The notes under the pieces were generated by a model. That model made no database searches. It worked only from the letters and a program-made list of their open reading frames with translations, and was not told the origin of the DNA. Of a DNA stretch of 64,000 nt, positions 60,562 through 64,000 are shown in pieces. Origin of the DNA: an uncultured delta proteobacterium (GTDB lineage: Bacteria > Desulfobacterota > Binatia > Binatales > Binataceae). A program made the translations under genes and the position numbers. Each line of letters opens with the position of its first letter. The first letter of the stretch is position 1. The stretch covers positions 1,367,148 to 1,431,147 of the forward strand of contig CAVRVY010000001.1 in the NCBI GenBank assembly GCA_963724765.1, read 5' to 3'.

Positions 60562-61512
60562 ATGAAAACCCAACTTGCCGCATGCAGCCGTCGAGAGGTG
60601 TTGGGAAATTTTGCGAAGCTCGCCGGCGCGGCGCTCGTCCCATCGGGCTTGCTCCTGGGTTCAACCGACAAGCCCACCGGCGCTTACGCACCCAAGCTCT
60701 CCGTGGAAGGCTACATCTGGATTCAGCACTTCGCGGCCACGAAAGTGACGATCGCCGAAGGCGAGGAAGAGGCGCTGCGGGAAACGCATCAGGCCGGATA
60801 CCCGCGCATCGAGCTCTCGGCGGAGTTCTTCGCGCGGGATGTGCGCCGGCAAACGGCCGACCTGCTGGCCAGATATCAGTTGAGCCCTGAGAGTGTCTAC
60901 GCCGGGACCACGATGCACGAGCCGCGCGCGGCCGAGATGTCCATCCGGTCGGTCATGGAACTGGTCGCATTCCTCAAGCCCCTCGGAACTCGGGTAATAA
61001 TCACCAACCCCAGTCCGTTGCCGCACGAGGGGCGCAAATCCGACCATGAACTGAAAACCCAGGCCCACTACATCAACCAACTCGGCGCGGCGCTCCGGCG
61101 CCAAGGAATCCGGCTGCTGCTGCACCATCACACCCCCGAACTCCGCGAGAACGCCCGCGAATGGTGGTACGAGCTGCAGCACACAGACCCCAAGCTGGCA
61201 GGCTGTTGCGTTGACGTTCATTGGGCCTATCGCGGGGGCCAGCAGGTGATGCCCTTCTTGCAGCGAGTCGGCGCGCGCGTCGAGAGCCTGCACCTGCGAA
61301 ACTCCGAACACGGAGTTTGGATGGAAGACTTCGGGCCTGGCGACGTTGATTACGCCCCGGTGGCTGAATACCTGCACCAGATCAACTATCAGGGCTTCCT
61401 GGTGGTGGAATTGGCGTACGAGAAAGAAACGGCCATGACCCGCGGCTTGGAAGAAGACCTGCGCCGCAGCCGGGTCTACACTGAAAAGGTTTTCGGCCTG
61501 GCGTCCACTTAG
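60562..61512 (+). CDS. Tat-exported sugar phosphate isomerase/epimerase (IolE/AP endonuclease 2 fold)
   Basis: SRREVL twin-arginine leader; HHH..E, DVHW, LHLRN, GPGDVDY, VVEL; GAGGAG RBS. Confidence 0.85.
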   Translation: MKTQLAACSRREVLGNFAKLAGAALVPSGLLLGSTDKPTGAYAPKLSVEGYIWIQHFAATKVTIAEGEEEALRETHQAGYPRIELSAEFFARDVRRQTADLLARYQLSPESVYAGTTMHEPRAAEMSIRSVMELVAFLKPLGTRVIITNPSPLPHEGRKSDHELKTQAHYINQLGAALRRQGIRLLLHHHTPELRENAREWWYELQHTDPKLAGCCVDVHWAYRGGQQVMPFLQRVGARVESLHLRNSEHGVWMEDFGPGDVDYAPVAEYLHQINYQGFLVVELAYEKETAMTRGLEEDLRRSRVYTEKVFGLAST

Positions 61513-62460
61513 CGCGGGTTCTGCGAAACCACTTGCTCCGTCACCCAGTCGGTCCAGAGCGAACTCTCGCCGCTCGCCAGCAGCGGCGCGCCGTCGAGCA
61601 CGGCCGCAACAAAATTCTCGATGCAAGGGAAATGGAAATTCGCGCTTGGGGGCAAATCCTCGCGCCCGCCGGGGTAGACCAGGTCCGGGCCGCTCAGCGG
61701 GGTGAGGTCCATCTCCCCGTCAGTGCCGATGATGCGCAGCTCATCCCGCCTCACGTGCGAGTTCCACCGGACATCGACGATGCCGCGCACTTTGTTGGCG
61801 TAGTCGATCATGACCGTGGCGGAATCCTCCACGTCCAGCGCGTGCACCGCGTTCGACAACTGTCCCGTCACCCGCTGCGGTTCGCCGAAAAGGAAGTTCA
61901 GCACATCGATCCGGTGAGAACCCACGTCAAAGAGCGGGCCGCCGCCTGCCTGAGTGGGATCAAGCAGCCAGTTCCGCTCGGCGTCCTCACCCGAACGCCA
62001 ATCCTGACAGGTAATGTAAGCGAGCAGCGGCTTGCCAATCGCCCCCTGCGCGGATCAGCTCTTTGGCTCGCGCCACCTTGGGATACGTGCGGCGATAGTA
62101 GGCCACTCCCAGCGTCTTGCCCGCCGCGCGCGCCGCCTCCACCATCAACTTCGCCTCGGCGTAGTTCATCGCCATGGGCTTTTCGCAGAGCACCTGCTTC
62201 CCTGCCCTGAGCGCCGCCAGGGTCTGCGGCGCGTGGAGAAACACCGGCGACGCCACATAGACGGCGTCCGCGCCACCCGCCGCCAGTGCCGCGTCGAGGC
62301 TGGTGAAGGCGCGCACCCCATAAGGCGCGGCCTTCGCCGGGTCGCGCGTGACAATTCCCCAAAGCTCGCTGCGTTTTTCCTCGAGCAGCGCCGGGATCAC
62401 CCGCTTCGTCGTGATGTCGCCAATGCCGATCACCAGCCACTTCAACATGGATACCCTCAC
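61509..62460 (-). pseudogene. Gfo/Idh/MocA oxidoreductase, frameshifted
   Basis: IGIGDI, VYVASP, VLCEKPMA in ORF 61987-62460; GSHRID, VEDSA in ORF 61509-61925; frame breaks at about 61950-62050. Confidence 0.85.
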
Positions 62461-64000
62461 CAGAGCTTGCTGGCTTCCGTCCGCACCAGGGTCTGCGTTG
62501 AAACCGTCCAGTCATCCGTCCGGAACGGCGGCGCCGGCAGTCCCAGCTTGTTATAGAGATTGCACTTGGGATCGTTCGCCCAAGCGTAGCGCGCGGCCAC
62601 GGGCTTCGCAACGTGCGGACTGGAAAGCACCACTTCGCTGCCTTCGATTTTCGCCTCCGCGGGGAAGAATTGCTGATCCTCCCCGGCAATCTCAAATCCC
62701 ATCAAGCTCTGTCCGCGAACCACCAACCCTCCGGCCACATGGGTAAATTGCAGGCGCAGGGTTCCCTTGTCCGCGTGCAGGGACTTGAAGGCCGGCCCCA
62801 TGTACTCGATCTTTCCGGCCATAGGCGATGCCTTCGGCAGCCAGAGCCAGACGCCGCCCCACTTCCTGCTTGTTCTTGGGATGAATATCGTAGGACTCGC
62901 CGATATCGATGGCCACGGCCATGCCGGTTTTCGGCAACGCCAAGGTCTTTTCCTGCGATTCCCTCAGCGACGGCCCAGGCATCGGGATATTTTACCGCCG
63001 GGACAAAACTGGCAAGTTGCACGAAGAGAAACGGAAAGTCTCCCTCTCCCCAGGAACTGCGCCATTGTTGAATCATCGTGGCGAAAACCTTGCGGTATTG
63101 GTAGGCAAAATCCGCGTTCGATTCACCCTGATACCAAATGGCTCCGGCGATCGCATAAGGCGTGAGGGGCGCCATCATGCGCGTTCCACAACCCGGCATG
63201 CGCGCCAGGGATGGCTGCGGGGATCTTTGGGAGCGTCGGGAAGGGCGGCGCGACTTTTCCGTTGGCCTCCGCCTCTTCCGCCGCCTTCTCCCATTCTCCC
63301 AGCTTCTGCTTCGTACTGTTCGAGCACGTGGGGGAATTCGGCAATTCTCTGCCGCCAGGAATCCGCCACGACCTTCAAGTCGGGGTCCGCTTCCAAGGCC
63401 GCAGCGCTTGTCCAGGCCTCGGCCTCCGTCCCGCCCCAGGAGGAGTCAATCAGTCCCACGGGAAACTTCATGGCCCGGTGCAAATCCCGGCCGAAGAAAT
63501 AGCCCACCGCGGAAAAATTCCCCACCGTCTCCGGGGCTTGCCACCACCCACTGGCCCTGCACATCGGTTTGGGGTTTGCCCGCCACCGCCTTCTTCACAA
63601 TGAAAAGCCGCATCAGCAGGATAATTGGCCGCCGCCACTTCCTGCTCCGCGTTCTTCACGCCGCCGAACACGCCGTGGTTCCACACGGCAAACTCCATGT
63701 TCGACTGGCCGGAGCACACCCACACTTCGCCCACCAGCACGTTGTGGACGGTCATGGTGTTTTTTCCCGCCACGGTCATTTCAAACGGCCCGCCCTTTTT
63801 CAGCGGCCCCAACTCCACTTTCCACTGCCCATTGGCATCCGCAGTGGCCGTCTGCTTTTGTTCGCCCAGGCTCACCGTAACTTGCTCGCCCGCGTCAGCC
63901 GTTCCCCAAATCGCCACCTGCCGGCCTTGCTGCAACACCATGTTGTCACTGATCAGCGCCGGTAACTTGACGTCAGCGCTCGCGGTAATGACCCCAATAA
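62457..64000 (-). pseudogene. Sialate O-acetylesterase (SASA) family protein, multiply frameshifted, runs off the window
   Basis: [48 protein letters not shown] and RYAW...PFRTD are spread over several frames. Confidence 0.88.

Overview
The window appears to hold two unrelated DNA segments joined at about 48,745, where a 5'-truncated hisG abuts a 3'-truncated rmlD. Segment A (1-~48.7 kb) is high-GC and intact. Its gene content suggests a Binatota/deltaproteobacteria-like organism (inference). It carries: a TetR-HAD-LarA-domain-(FAR/A/ACP/acyltransferase) operon matching the myxobacterial elbBCD ether-lipid locus; an orphan Flp pilin; gnd-zwf-tal-pgi-mpg; tRNA-Arg(TCG) followed by a small islet encoding a His/Trp-repeat secreted protein; nadE, lptB and clpP; a DyP-encapsulin pair; three luciferase-like oxidoreductases; a NirK-like protein with a His->Gln change at a type-2 Cu ligand; a gspE-N type II secretion cluster; lipid/aromatic catabolism genes; and a lower-GC glycan-modification islet. 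Segment B (~48.7-64 kb) looks Acidobacteria-like (inference) and is frameshift-rich towards its right end. It carries: a TPR-metalloprotease; a peroxiredoxin; a cysteine/sulfur-relay cluster (cysM-JAMM-MoaD/CysO with a capped C-terminus-moeZ-cysK-cysE) interspersed with short-tandem-repeat hairpins; a stand-alone Pnkp-type kinase; and sugar-catabolism genes. No CRISPR array, rRNA, integrase or transposase was seen. All calls come from reading motifs; no database search was run.
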